A DNA stretch of 64,000 nucleotides from Amoebidium appalachense (GCA_963693365.1 CAVNZM010000004.1:10940468-11004467), one strand, 5' to 3'; shown: positions 30,730 through 60,731, counted from the first letter of the stretch. The notes: a model not told the origin generated them from the sequence alone. A program made the numbers and translations.

Positions 30730-30751
<22 letters not shown>
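30572..30751. repeat. AT-rich degenerate tandem array of ATATTTGCAT units ending in (TA)n
   Basis: About six ATTTGCAT copies plus variants in 180 bp; the most AT-rich patch in the window. Confidence 0.8.
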
Positions 30752-30778
<27 letters not shown>

Positions 30779-30824
30779 CTCTGAGAGCTGAGAGAGAGAG
30801 AGAGGGAGAGAGGGGGGGGGGGGG

Positions 30825-30856
<32 letters not shown>

Positions 30857-30859
30857 GGA

Positions 30860-30897
<38 letters not shown>

Positions 30898-31250
30898 GAA
30901 GGAGAGAGAGAGAGAGAGCGAGAGAGAGGAAGGGAGGGAGGGAGGGAGGGCCCGAGGGAGGGAGAGAGAGAGGGGAGGGGGCGGGAGGGGGAGAGAGAGG
31001 GGAGGGCGCGGGGAGGGAGAGAGAGGGAGGGAGGGAGGGAGGGAGGGAAGGTCCTGGAGGCAGAGGGAGGGAGGGAGGGAGAGAGAGTGAAAGAGTGAGA
31101 GTGAGTGAAAGAGTGGCTCGAGTTAGGTGGGGGAGGGAGAAGGAGGGAGGGAGGGAGGGAGGGAAGGAGGGAGAGGGAGGGAGGGAGGGAGGGAGGGTCC
31201 GAGAGAGAGTAAAAGAACTAGTGAGAGTGAGTGAAATAGAGTGAGAGAAC

Positions 31251-31693
31251 AGCCTTACACCTTAAAGTACTACCGGGGGGCGACTATCCAAGAAACGACG
31301 GTCTAGCAAATGGTGTATGTTGGTGGGGTTTGATAGTTACTGTAGCTTGTTGTATGATCAGGCGTGGCACAACGTCACACAAATGAGCTACAGGTTAACA
31401 CTGAGGAAGAAATAAAGGACTGGGGGAGGTGTAGTGGTTGAGAAAGAGAATGGGGGGATGGAAGAACAACGAGTGCAACACCCATAAAATTACCTCCCCC
31501 CCCCCCCTCTCCCCCCCCCCCCCCCCCCCCAAAAAAAAAAAAAAAAAAAAACGAAAAAAAAGAAGGAAAAAAAAGAAAAGAAAAAGAACTGAGAAAAGAA
31601 AAAAGAAAAACGTAAAAAACAGGAAACATCAGGGAAAAAGGAAGAAAACTAGATTGTGAATCTGAAGAGGGCGGGGGGGGGGGGGGGGGGGGG

Positions 31694-31752
<59 letters not shown>

Positions 31753-32044
31753 CGTGAGACGGACAGGGAAGGGGAGGAAGAGAGAATGGGGGTAGGCGAG
31801 AAAGGGAGGAGGGGGGAGGGGGGAAAAGGAGAGAGAAAGGGAGAGAGGGGGGAGAGACCCGTGGGGGGGAGGGGGACAGGGCGAGAGGAGAGACTCGGAG
31901 TGATTGTGTAGAGAGAAGGGGGAGGGCAAGGGGAGGGGAGAGCTAGAAGTCGTCGGAGAGAGATAGAAAGATATAGCGAGAGGGGAGAAGAGAGAGATGG
32001 GTGGGGGGCACTGAGGGAGGGGAGAGAGAGGGAGGGGGAGGGGA

Positions 32045-32121
<77 letters not shown>

Positions 32122-32365
32122 TGAGAGAGAGAGGAAGGGGGTTTCGGGGAGAGAGAATGTGTGTGTGTGAGTACGTGTGATCGCACGCTGTTTCTACTTC
32201 TTTTGTGCAAGGAGTTCGGGTGGCCCTCCCGACTAGGGGAGGGTGGGGGGGAGGGCAGAAAGGATGCACAAAGATATTCGGTGAGGGGAAAAAAAGGATT
32301 GCAGAACCTATATACTGTGATTTTCTATTCTTTCAATTATTGGGGGTTGGGGTGGCCCCCCCGGG

Positions 32366-32400
<35 letters not shown>
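31251..32400 (+). mobile_element. Dispersed repeat, modules A+C
   Basis: 31251-31668 matches 20888-21340 and 31754-32400 matches 24415-25100. Confidence 0.85.
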
Positions 32401-32412
<12 letters not shown>

Positions 32413-34399
32413 GGGGAGGGGGAAAGGGGGGGGAAAGGGAAGGAGGGGGGGAGGGGGAGGGGAGGAGCAGGACTATGGGGTGGGCAGGTGTGTGTGTGTT
32501 GGGGAGGGAGGGCGCGGGGGGGGGGGGGGGGGGGGGGGAGAGAGGTGGAGAATGGAGGGTGATGGGTTGAGAGGGTGACAAATCAGTGTGCTGTTTAACA
32601 TTGGCAATTAGTCCGTGAGAAACAAAGCTCGGAATAATTGCTCTCTTAGGCGATTCCTATTCGTGCGTCTCGCATATTTGCCTACATGCTTGTCTTTTCA
32701 CGTGAAGGGGCCTGACCACGGTTGGCATCTTGAACAGATGTAGAGATCCAGCCTGTTTGCAACATGTTGCGGCAGGGGGTTCGAAGGACCCGGGTGCGTG
32801 AGTGATGCCTTCCGAGCCAATAGGAACGACTGCCGTTTCAAATGGTTGGATTCTCCTTGCTGAAAATCAAGCAAGAATAGATTTGGAGCCCCTACAGATC
32901 TAAAGAAGATCCAGGCGAACCCCTTTTTTGCTGAAAAGCCAGGGAGAACCTTTGTACAGTGTAGGCCAGTCCCGGTATCGCCAACCGCTCAACCGTTTGA
33001 TCACGTCTCGGCCGGAGTCTGCAGACTGTCGGAGCTCGAGACCTCTAGACCAAACATCGAAGGGGTGTTTTTTTTTTTTTTTTTTTTTTTCTTTTGGGTA
33101 CATTTGGTGATTAACAGGTAAAGCAGATTCCTTATGCATAACTCCAACGAGAAACGCTCCCTAAAGGTTCAACGAAACGTCAGATTCTGCAAGTAAGCGA
33201 AAATTGTCAGGTAGACGTAACATTCGCACAAAAATCCCCAGACGATTTCAACCCACACCACCACCACCATAACCACCAGTTCTTCTCCAGCCAGGATGCA
33301 CACTTTGTGGTTCACGAAGGCACATAAGGGCATACAAGTTAGCACACAATAACACAAGTGAGCATATAACTACTTTAATTCACACAAGCATCGTCGGGTG
33401 TGCGAATACGTGAGCCAACAACTCCTCGTTACTTCGCCACCAGTTGTGCTGGGAAAGCTCGTCCAGAAACCAGCACGGAGCAGGGACACGCAACCATCTT
33501 TACTTAAATTGTAAAATGCACACCCAGGAGGAGCAACCTACTGTGCCCCCACCAATACCTGCGGTGGCTTTACACATGGTGAGTTTTCCTTCCCTTTCAA
33601 AGGTATGAAAGCCGAGTATTCGGTAGGCCATGCCTGTGCGAGTCATCTTACCTAATGGGTTGGCAGTCACGAACAAACAAAGCTGTGAAAAAAGCTGACC
33701 AGGAACAAAGCAAGGAACACTGGGCTGGGTAGGAAAGGCAAAGAGAGGAAAGCGCATTGGGGGCGGGAGGGGCAAAGGGGGGAAAGGGGGAGGGGTGACA
33801 TGCTAGCACAAGCCTTCACTCTTGCCAACCTGCGACGACCCGCCCCCCCCCCCCCCACCCCCCCCACCCCCCCCCTTCCTTCCCCCCTCCCTCCTCCCTT
33901 GATCCATTTCGATGCTGCTTACAGAAGTACACCAATCTGAATTCTAGATGCACTGCTCAAAACAAGCACACGACACGTGGTGCTTAAGACATCAAGGAGG
34001 GGAGAAGACAAACCCCCAAAATGCGTACATGTCGTGCATTGACAAGCAAGCCCTTGCACGGACATTCCGAGGCATTCACATGTATTTAAAAGGGGACATA
34101 GGGTATGCAACAGGCCTTCTGTACACACTGTTGCTCCCACACAGCCGTATGGTCCCCCCCCCCCCCCCCCCCAACCCTTTCCTTTTCATACCGCATTTAA
34201 AGCTCAATTCCGGGGCTTCCTGTGTGTGAGCATACACACACGGTGCAATTTCCTTGCCTGTACGTTTCCAACATGCAGTTCAGGAACTTAAGTTGAAGGG
34301 ATACCACAGGACTCTGTGTCCTTTTCGTTTAAGGTTTATTGATTGCTTGGAGCTCTGTGTTTTTTTTTAACCCTTTGTTGGGATGGGGTGCAGGCGGAA

Positions 34400-50338
<15,939 letters not shown>

Positions 50339-50693
50339 TTGTAGATAGACATTAGTATGATGGTAACGCATTACACAGTGGTGTATACGTGTGCACATAC
50401 ACAGACACACACGTGCAGACTCAGGCACACGCACACGCAAGCTCACAGCGGCAGGGAGCGGTTAGTTCGGGGTTGTGTCGTCTCTTTGTTTTGATCCAGT
50501 TGGGTTCTTGTAGTGGTACAGTATTATTCTCTGAACTAATGTATGTATCAGTCGACGATTAACTTGGCAAGTGTGTGTGGCCTTGTACTGTATGGGTGAA
50601 TTCATTGTGATATGCATGTACGTGTTTGCACACCCACCAAAGCACACAAACGAACACATAACGAGCACATGATTATCATCGTCATCATCATCA

Positions 50694-50767
<74 letters not shown>

Positions 50768-51377
50768 TACTATCCGAGAGTAATGTTGTCCTCGAGTAAT
50801 TCGTGACATTTCTTCATACGCTTGTCTATTGGGGTAGGTTGATGATAAGCTAGACCATGCACGTATCATGTAATTCTGTGAAAGTGGTCTTGTAACCCTT
50901 AGGTTAGGGGGCATGAAATAGGTGCCCTAAGAAAGACATATCGAATGCTAAGGCTTTGTATCACCCTTTTGTCAATCGGGGTTTCTCTTGTTCAAAAAAA
51001 TAAACATGAGTTTATTTTGTCTGCACGTGCAGCACACACATCGACTGGATGCTGGTGACGGTCTGCCTGGCAGTAAATTGTGGTATCTGAGATTCAGATA
51101 TGCGCCAGGCACATGGGCATATGCAGTGTCCAATCTAAATATGGTATCATCCACGCGTACACCCGGTACATGTGTGGAAAAGGGATGGTGTACAGTCTTT
51201 ACACCAAGTCTCATTGACATGGTGAGATGCAGCCCTATGTCGAAGAATATTGTGCAAGGCACGGAAAACAATGGAGTTAATATTAACCATAGCCTTGATT
51301 ATGCATGAATTACATAGTACTGTAGCCGTACTGTAGCCGTATTCTTAGGTCTACAAAATGACCCACTGGGCCTCCAA

Positions 51378-51439
<62 letters not shown>

Positions 51440-51587
51440 TTGAGGGGGGGTTGGGGTGCCATGGCTAATTAGCTGACGTATGCGTGTATCCAATTATTAA
51501 AGGAAAAGTGCATCCATTAAAGGAAAAATAAGGGGACCAAGCACGCTGAACATGTACATACACAATCGTACACTTAAAACCCTCCTT

Positions 51588-52129
51588 TCAGCAATTTTCA
51601 GGCCCCGCAGCACCAGACTGCGCCACGAAATCCTTGCTCGAGGGGCAGCCGAGGGTCAGTCTACGGTGAAACACTTCCAGCATGAGCATCTGGCAGGCCC
51701 GGGTTAGAGAGGCATCATAACGGCCCTTGGAGCTCTCATCGCGAAGAAAAGCGTGCCGTGCGTTGAGTTCGCACCAGGCAAAATCCACGTTGTTGTCTTC
51801 AAGAGTGTCTTTGATTTCGCGGATTCCAGCCCTGGGCGTGTGGTTGTCCTGCTTGCCGAATACCATCAAAAGTTCCGTGTTTTTGAGATCCCCCTTCTTA
51901 ACTCGTTCGAGCGAATCGTCCCCCCCCTTTCCGAGAGAGCGTGTGTGTATGTCCGTGGCAAAGAAGCATACAGCGGCAATCACTTCGGGTTCAAACGCGC
52001 ACCGGAAAGCCAGGTGGCCCCCTAGACACAACCCCACAGAGCCTATGCGACCGTTGCAGTCCTTGCGTGACTTGAGATAATCGACCACCGCACGTGCATC
52101 GGCATCATATGCACCTACGGGCTTCGCAA

Positions 52130-52193
<64 letters not shown>

Positions 52194-52228
52194 GGGGGGG
52201 GGGGGGGAGGGGGAGGGAGGGGAGGGTG

Positions 52229-52291
<63 letters not shown>

Positions 52292-52568
52292 TGTGAGTGC
52301 GTTGTGTGGTGAAGGTGGTGTTGTTGGTGGTGGTGGTGGTGGTGGTGGTGGTGGTGGTGGTGGTGGTGGTGGGGGGGGGGGGGGGGGGGGGGGGGTATTA
52401 TAATACGTTTCAGATTACGAAGGACAGCAGACTGAGGATTTTGCGTGCGGTGCGTGGGGGAGGGGGGGGGGGAAGGGGGGCGAGCTAAAGACACATGCTG
52501 CAATTTGATACTGATGATAAGCAGTGCGCCCAAGTTTTGGGTGGATTTTCTTGACGTGCAGGGAGCCC

Positions 52569-52628
<60 letters not shown>

Positions 52629-52891
52629 GGGAGAGGTTAGGAACGAGGTGATTCAGCCTGACTATCAGTGGGAATAATGTGTTGGAATTGCCCCCGTTCG
52701 TCTTTAATTATGGGGGGCCAAAGCGCATGGGGAGAGAAGGGGGGGGGGGGGGGGGGGGGGAAGGGGTAATACAGTAAGTACTATTGAATGGAAGGAGCAC
52801 ACAAAATGTGGAGAAGTGGTGCAGAACTTAACAGGTCGAACAGCTGAGGTACAGCCTTGTTGGGAAAGGGGGTGGAAAAAAAGGGCGGCGG

Positions 52892-52940
<49 letters not shown>

Positions 52941-53027
52941 AGAAGTATGTAGAGCGTACGCGCGCGGAGACAAAAGGGAACAGATTACCGTGTGAGAGCC
53001 GAGGGAAATCGTTTACAGGTTGAAAAC

Positions 53028-53069
<42 letters not shown>

Positions 53070-53584
53070 GCCCCACACCACCTCCTCACTGCGCACACAT
53101 GCACCTTCCCGTAGGTACTACCCAGCACCCTTCTCGCCAATCTCACTCTCGGGTACCCCCCCTCCAACCTCCACTTCCCCTCCTCTCCCATTGTCAACCT
53201 TGCCTAACCTTCCTCGTTTCCTCAATCCGTGCCGCAGGTTTTCTCTAAGATTAAAAAGAAGCAGAATAGAGAAGAAACAAATTTCATGTGCGGACATAGG
53301 CATGAAGCACGTACCTTGTATGCGTTGCCCTTATCCGTGTCCTTGTCATCGTAGTTCAGCACCGTGCCGGGCACCTCAAAGTCATGATAAACCTCCGGGG
53401 CAGCAACAATAAACCCCTCGCTAGCCAGCAGCCGACAAATGCGACTCACAGGTCCCGTGACTTGGTAGATCTCAGAGTAGACAATAACACCCGCAAAAGT
53501 CCCATCACAAGCGGGCTTGAAAAGATGCACGCGCATAACACTGTCCCCAACCTTCAGGTCTGTGTAGCTCTCGTGAATCAACAT
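51588..53584 (-). CDS. Dienelactone hydrolase family protein (carboxymethylenebutenolidase-like alpha/beta hydrolase), 270 aa
   Basis: Exons 53584-53315 and 52130-51588 (phase 0, GTACGT...CACAG). Motifs: SEIYQVTGP, nucleophile elbow GLCLGG, GKQD (Asp) and [15 protein letters not shown] (His). Confidence 0.95.
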
Positions 53585-54040
53585 GGTGACGGATGTGTGT
53601 GTATAAGTGGAAAAGGAAGGGATCCCCTAAAACGGTGAAGGCGGGTTGGAAGCGTAAAAAACGGGGAAGCACAAACGGCAAACAAACAAGACAAAACTTT
53701 GAAACAAAAACTTATTTGGTCCAATTTGGCCTCCTGTTTGCGCAAGTTGAAATGCAGCTTTGTCATTGGTCATTGTCGTTTTTGGCGCGAAAATAGTAAT
53801 AACACAGCCGAGTCAACATCAAATGTTGATGTTCCCCGGGCCGAGTCATATGATAGCTAGGCCTGTTTAGCAAGCAGTCACTTCTGTGTGACGTCCGGAT
53901 TCTTGCAAATAGTTTTATATGCTTGCAAAAGAAAAAAGACAGCGAAGATAGTGTAAAGGGCAGCTTGGTGTGGCAGGGTGCATGCAAGCCAAATCCTTGA
54001 CCTTCACACCCAGTGAACCCGGAGGTGGAACACAGGGCAG
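53585..54040. promoter_or_regulatory. Probable bidirectional promoter between the hydrolase gene and RAD51D
   Basis: 456 bp between divergent ATGs, free of the microsatellites found elsewhere. Contains TTTTGGCGCGAAAA (E2F-like, 53779-53793), ATTGG/CCAAT and TGACGT. Confidence 0.6.
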
Positions 54041-55827
54041 ATGCTTCGCACTCTCCTTCCCCCCGGACAGGCGTCAGAAGAGCTCCTTACTGAGCTGAAG
54101 AAGAAAAACATACGCTCAGGTAGGAAACTAAAATTGCAACGACAATCAAAAAAGGGAAGACTTGCTTCATGTGAAAAAAGTAGGGGAAGAAGATTTGGTG
54201 TAAATCATGGAGGGAAAGAAAGGGGCTTTCTCAAAAAATGGAGGTTAATCAGATTGGTTTCCTGAAAAAAAAAAAAATTGCGGGAAAAAAATTGGCATCA
54301 TGTGTTTAGTGGGCGGAAAGAACATTTCGCTCTTTGTAAAAAATACGGAGAGAGGATTTGCAGACTAGTTTGGTGTCATAGATGAGACTTTGGGAGAGGA
54401 AACTGTACAGTGAGCAACGACACTTTCTAATTTCGCGCACCAACAGAGCAAATGTGCAGCACTTGGTCAGCCTTCCCTTCTTCCCCCCCCCCCCCTCCCC
54501 TCCCCTAGTCCCTCGGCCCTCCAACTTCAATTTCCCTTCTCCTTCTCGTGCCACCCTTTCCCCACTCCACTCCCGCCACCTCCGTTCTTCTCTTCCTTGT
54601 ATTTTCGCTTCTAAAGACTCTTCCAGCCTCTATGTTGAGGCTTCCATGTTTAATGCCTTAGAAAACGGAAGGCCCCCTCTCAACAGGTGGGAAGGGGAGA
54701 GGGTGATCGTGGATTGCGACAGGTTGGGAGGTTTTGAGGAAATCATGGAGTTGAATGCTGTGGATGTTGGGGCACAGTACACTGATGAATGGAACAATGA
54801 ACTGTACGGCTTTCCATGTGTGTAAGGTGGTATTGCAGCAAAACTCACAACGTCTTTTTTTTCACATTTCCCCAGCCCAGCAAGTGGTGCTGTCTGACCC
54901 TAACCTCTGGTTGAGGGACACAGCACACCCAGAACAGGTACGAGTTTTTGCTCTTCGTTTGCCCTGGTATCACTTTGTGTTTATGATAGAAGTGCTGAGG
55001 TCTTTGTAAATTTGTATAAGAAATCGCATACTCCTATAAACAAAATCACTTACTCCTGTTTCTTTTCATCTCATTTCAATGCGCATAGCTTGTGTCAAAA
55101 CCTCCGAAAAAATCCCCCCCCCCCCCCCCCCACCGCCCTCCCCCCGTTCTCCTCCCCCTTCTCCACCGAACCACCACCGACACTGGGAGTGGAGGCCATA
55201 ATCACCACCACTGCGACGGCGAGCACACAAAACACACAGACAGGCATAGAACGAAATGCCCTTGCAAACATGTACAAATGCGTGCTTGTATTCATCATTT
55301 AACCAGCCAAATAGCCGTGCCCATCATTTTGCAAGTCCTTTTTTGCATGCTTGTGGATCCGTGAATCATTATCACCACATCCCAAATCTAACACCATTAC
55401 ACGAACCTTTAACCAGGCCACTGCACTGAGGGATGCCGCTATCTCTTTGTGCTGCAGCCGCCCTGTGCGTGGGGACCATCTGTTCTCTCGCCTTCTAGAA
55501 GCCGGGGTGGTGCTGAGCACTGGCATAGACAGGTGGGGTATGACGTCATATGTGCACACAGTGATTTACTTATCACGGGGGGGGCGGTCCCTTTATCTTG
55601 CACACGTCCACTCTACCTACAGGTGGTTCGACCTTTCAGTATGGGTGCAAGTTTCGCTTTCGATCCGCACCTCGATATTTAGCTAGAGAAAAACACTCGT
55701 GGGCAGGGGGGGGGGGGGGGTGGGGGGTGGGATGATGGTGAGGGAGGCAGGGAGCATCTCCAAACATGAATGTCATACATCCCCCCCCCCCCCGCCCCTC
55801 CCTTGTTCCCCCTGCGCGCATTCCACC

Positions 55828-55869
<42 letters not shown>

Positions 55870-57546
55870 TAATTGGTTCAACATCACCACCACACACACC
55901 CCACCCGCTTACCATCCCACACCACTCACACCAAACTGTGTTTTTTCCACAGTGTGGACAGTATGCTCGATGGAGGGCTGATGAGTGGAGAGATCACTGA
56001 GTTGGTGGGTCCCCCGGCATCAGGAAAGACGCAGGTAATGCTGTGTGTGGGTTCAGGGGGGGGAGGGGGGGAGAGGAAAAGGTATGGGGGCGAGGGGGGG
56101 GGGGGGGGGGGGGGGGGGAAATAGTGGGCGGGGGAGGGGCGGGGGGAGGAGGGAAGGGGGGGGTTCGTGGTTTCAAGTAAGTTCGACAACATCTGGATGG
56201 TTGGATCGGTGCATGATCAAGTTGTCAATGGTCCTATTTATGTGCACCGATACATTACATTCTTCTATTTGTCCTCGCCCATTCAACAACAGCCCCCCCC
56301 CCCCTCCCCCCCCCCCCCCCCCCCCCCCCCCACACACACACACATCCTCATTCCCTTCCCATCTCTTTTTAATGGCTCCCGTCCTCTCTCCCTCGCTATC
56401 TCGTTTGTTCTCCCCCCCCCCCCCCCCCCCCCGTGGCCCTTCCATTCCATTAAAACACGAATTTCTCTACCCTTCCTTCCACTTCCCTCCCTCCCATCTT
56501 TGCTGGCACTTTCCACCCCCACACTTTACTCACTTCCTGCATGCCCCCACGTGCAGTTATGCCACCATGCAGCGCTGCGCACGTGCACCCAGGGCACAGG
56601 CACTGTGCTGTATGTCGACACAAACAATTCCTTCTCAGCTGCACGCATGGCTGCATTCATGCATCAGTCAAAGGATAATCTTCCTGAGGTTCCCCCCCCC
56701 CCCCCCCCCCCCCCCCCCCCAGTCAAAGGATAATCTTCCTGAGGTTTGCCCCCCCCCCCCCCCCCCCCCCCCGTCGATGGGCTATGTTTAAGTAACACCT
56801 TCTCACCTTCTGCATGCATAATCGCTTTTAGACGTGCTATGTTGTAGGAATTGTTGAATTGTGGTATCTCCATAATTCCTTGGTTGCCACCCTCTATTAC
56901 CCCCCCCCCCCCCCGCCCCCCGAAAGCATGCACATGCAACACTGTATGGCTGTATGAATGAAAACGCGAAGGGTAGAGCTGGGGAAATACAACCCGCAGG
57001 CTTGTTGGGTGGATAGGTGAGTTCATGTGAGGTAAACGAAAGAGAAAAGGGGCTTAGATGAATGAGGTAATTGTGTGTGTGTGTGTGTGTGTTGTGGAGG
57101 AAGGGGAAGGGGCGAGGGGCGAGGGGCGGAGGTGGGGGGGAGGTGGGGGAGGGGGGAGGCAGGGAGGGAGGATATGTCAGATAAAATGGCGATAGAAGGA
57201 AGTCAGAAGGGTTTAAAGTCTGGGATATGGTTGGGGGGAAAGAGCAGCCGATACAACAGGAATTACGGAAAGGCCTATCTGCACGGAAAAATTGCACTGG
57301 GATTACGGCTGGTGAGGTTTTCCCTCAGTGCTGGAGAAGGGGGTGGGGGGGGGAGGGGGGGGGCGAGGGGAGGGGGGGGGGGAAGGGAGGGGGGATACTA
57401 ATATTTTTTACACAGAACCCTTTTGAGGTGATGGACTGTGTGCGCTGCCAGGGGGTCTATTCCATCTACGAGGTAGGGGCATAGGGCTGGGATACCATTA
57501 ATAGATTTTCTGCGCTATGCTACCCACATCCGACGTGTTCTACCCT

Positions 57547-57595
<49 letters not shown>

Positions 57596-57630
57596 ACCCC
57601 CACCCACCCGCCCCCACCCACTCACCCACC

Positions 57631-57662
<32 letters not shown>

Positions 57663-59287
57663 CCCCACCCCACCCCACCCCACCCACCCACCCACCACCC
57701 ACCACCACCCCTCCCCTCCTCCCTCTTCTCCCCGTCCCCAACTATCATGCATAATGTACGTGTACTCTTGTTCCGTGTACCACATTCAAACCCCCATCGA
57801 CACTACCACCACGCGTACACACACCACACATCCAGCAACATAGTTGCATGCACAAACACATGCAGTAACACACTTCTAGTATACACATAATCGAAAATAG
57901 AACAAAGAGCCCCGCCCGCATATGCATCACATACCTGAACACCCAACGCACGCGCATGCACAGGCATACACACAAACACAAACTCACACTTCCATATGAC
58001 ACTTTCAGTCTTTGGTGTTGTATGAAGTGGCCTCCCTTACACACCAGAGAACCGTAGGGTAAGCTGAAGTGTGTGTTTCTTATTCTTGAGTTTAAGGGAG
58101 TCAGTCGGTTCCTGTGAGTGTGTGTGAGCCCGTACCCACCGCATGAAGGTATGTGTCTGTGAATGTGCCTCCGCTTCTGTGTGTGTCTGCCCGTAAATGT
58201 GTAGGTGTTTATATCCAGAGATGATTCGCGGACCTTTTCATTTTCAAATTTATCTCGAAAAGAGCTTTTTATGTATCTCATGTTTGCCCGTTCCATACCG
58301 CCCACCCATCCGAATATCGCACACCGTGAGATAGTTTCAATATTCACCGGTTGCCATGTTCGTGCTATGCAGCTTTTTTCACTTCTCGAGGGGGTACGAG
58401 ATCACCTGCAATGTTCGTCCAGTGGCTCACGTGAGGTATGAAGATATATCACTCACCCGCATGTAAAAATTTGGAAATTTATCCTCTGAATTGTTCAAGT
58501 TGCATTAAGGGACGGGCCGGGATTGAATCCATTGTCCATGCGCAAATATTACAGAGCGACTAGATAGACTTTTTTCAGTGATCAAAAGGTTGTGCAAACT
58601 GGGAAGAGCCAACCACCAACAGAGTTTTAGCAATCTTTTTCTTCACAGAAGGCTTTTTCTAGCGTGTACGCCCATAGTTGCTAAGAGGGGTGCCGCTGCC
58701 CACGAGTAATAGATGCCTTGGGAGAGAAGAAAGTGTGGGCTTTTTTTCCTGGTTCCTGGAGGAGGCAGGTGTGGGGGTAGCTGGAAGGGGGGGGGGGAGG
58801 GAAGGGGGGAAAGGGGGGGGGGGGAGGGGGGAGGGGGGATACGCATAGCAGGGTCCATGTTGCAACAGGCCCCGGACATCAGGAAACTGCAAGAGAGGGT
58901 GTGTGTGTGTGTGTGCGTGCCCGTGTGTGTGTGTGTGTGTGTGTTGTGTCTTGACCTTCCATTTTGCCTCCCAGGACCACCTATTCTTCACGCATCTGCA
59001 GCTCATAGTCATTGACTCCGTCACCCCCCTGCTGTCCTGTCTGATGGGGGCTCCAAATTCCCAAGGTGTGTTTGTACCCTTCCCCCCCCCCCCCCTCCTC
59101 CTCCTCTTCCAACCCACCCTCCCCTTACTGCCCACCACCCACCCCTCAACATGCACACACACTCCACACACACAATCTCACTCTCACTCTCCACATGCAC
59201 ACACGAACACAAACACGCACGCACGCACCACACACCACACACACACTCATACACACTCTCTCTCTTTCTTCATATCACACACAAGCG

Positions 59288-59345
<58 letters not shown>

Positions 59346-60126
59346 ACCACCACCACCACCACCACCCACACCAGCACCCCCTCTTTCTTTCTTCCGTCCT
59401 TTCTCTTTTCCCCTTTGCGTTGTATGCATGGTCAGCAATGTTGATCATATAAACTGGCCTAGACATGCTACTATGAGTCTGCCAATCAGCACCCGGTAAA
59501 CAATGAAGAGCCCCCCTCCCCCCCCTCTCCCCCCCCCCCCCCCCCCCCCCCCCCTTTCTCCCTTCCCCTCTTCTAAAAGGAAAGAAAGAAGATTAACCAA
59601 AGGAAAGAATGAAGAGAGAAAGACAGAAAATGAGGAAAAACGAAAGAAAGAAAAGGGCACCCTCATGTGGCAGAAGAGAAATTACGCCGAAACCTCCACA
59701 TGTCTCATTCCACTGCCAGTCATACTAACCAATTAGGTGCCGTGCAGGTCACGTGCTGATGTCCTCATTGGCTGCTACCGTACGTCAGCTGGCACACGAC
59801 CATCACCTCGTCATCTTGGTGAGTGTGTGTTTTGGCGTGTGTCCCCTTCGTTCCCTTCGACACCCATATATGTACATTGAATCTATGAACCATGTTTAGA
59901 TCTCATTAGTGCTCTCGTATCCCACTCAAAATATACTGTGTCCATGTAAAAAGGTCGACTCAACAAGGTTGCTTGAAAATAATGATCACTGAAAAGTCTG
60001 TTTGATGTAACAATCCTAGGGCAATTTCTAATGTGTATGGTCTACCTTGAACATGTCTAAGGCTCTCTTTTTTCTTATCGCGCTCTCTTTGCCCTTTCGT
60101 CATCCCCCTCTCATTCCCCCCTCCCC

Positions 60127-60157
<31 letters not shown>

Positions 60158-60493
60158 GAAACTTCCTTCTTTCAAAACCTCGATGTCGTATGGTTGTGTA
60201 TGTTTGCATGTGTGCTCACATGATAGTGAACGCCTGTCCTTAATGCAACCTGCATCCCTTATCGATGTATGGAACACAATACATTTGTATCCATGTATGG
60301 GAATGTAACGTCTCACCTTCCATATTAGGTCACCAACGGCACTGTGCAGGAGTATGCCCGTAGTGGGGTTAAGGCAGCGCTCGGTGCCACGTGGACATAT
60401 GTGCCAGACACACAGCTGTGGCTGCATGCGGCACACGGTATGTTGCACTACACACACACACACACTCACTCCACACACAGGCACGCAGACATG

Positions 60494-60532
<39 letters not shown>

Positions 60533-60673
60533 TCACTCACTCACTCCACACACAGGCACAAACACATGCATACACACATACACACACACACACACACACA
60601 CTCACACACTCACACACTCACACACTCACTCCAAACACAGGCATACACACACGCACACACACACACACACACA

Positions 60674-60731
<58 letters not shown>

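Noticed and set aside
33925-34146. Possible upstream coding exon of muskelin
   Set aside because: Exon-like complexity but no muskelin similarity, and the protein is already near full length from 34400. At most a UTR exon.
50893-50910. TAACCC-TTAGGTTAGGG telomere-like words
   Set aside because: Only one or two units, which is compatible with chance.
50972-51308. Overlapping 99 and 106 aa ORFs between the convergent muskelin and hydrolase 3' ends
   Set aside because: No recognisable motif or gene structure; probably 3' UTR or intergenic.
58505-58535. Minus-strand B-box-like GGATTCAATCCCGGCC
   Set aside because: No matching A box or acceptor stem, so it is not a tRNA.
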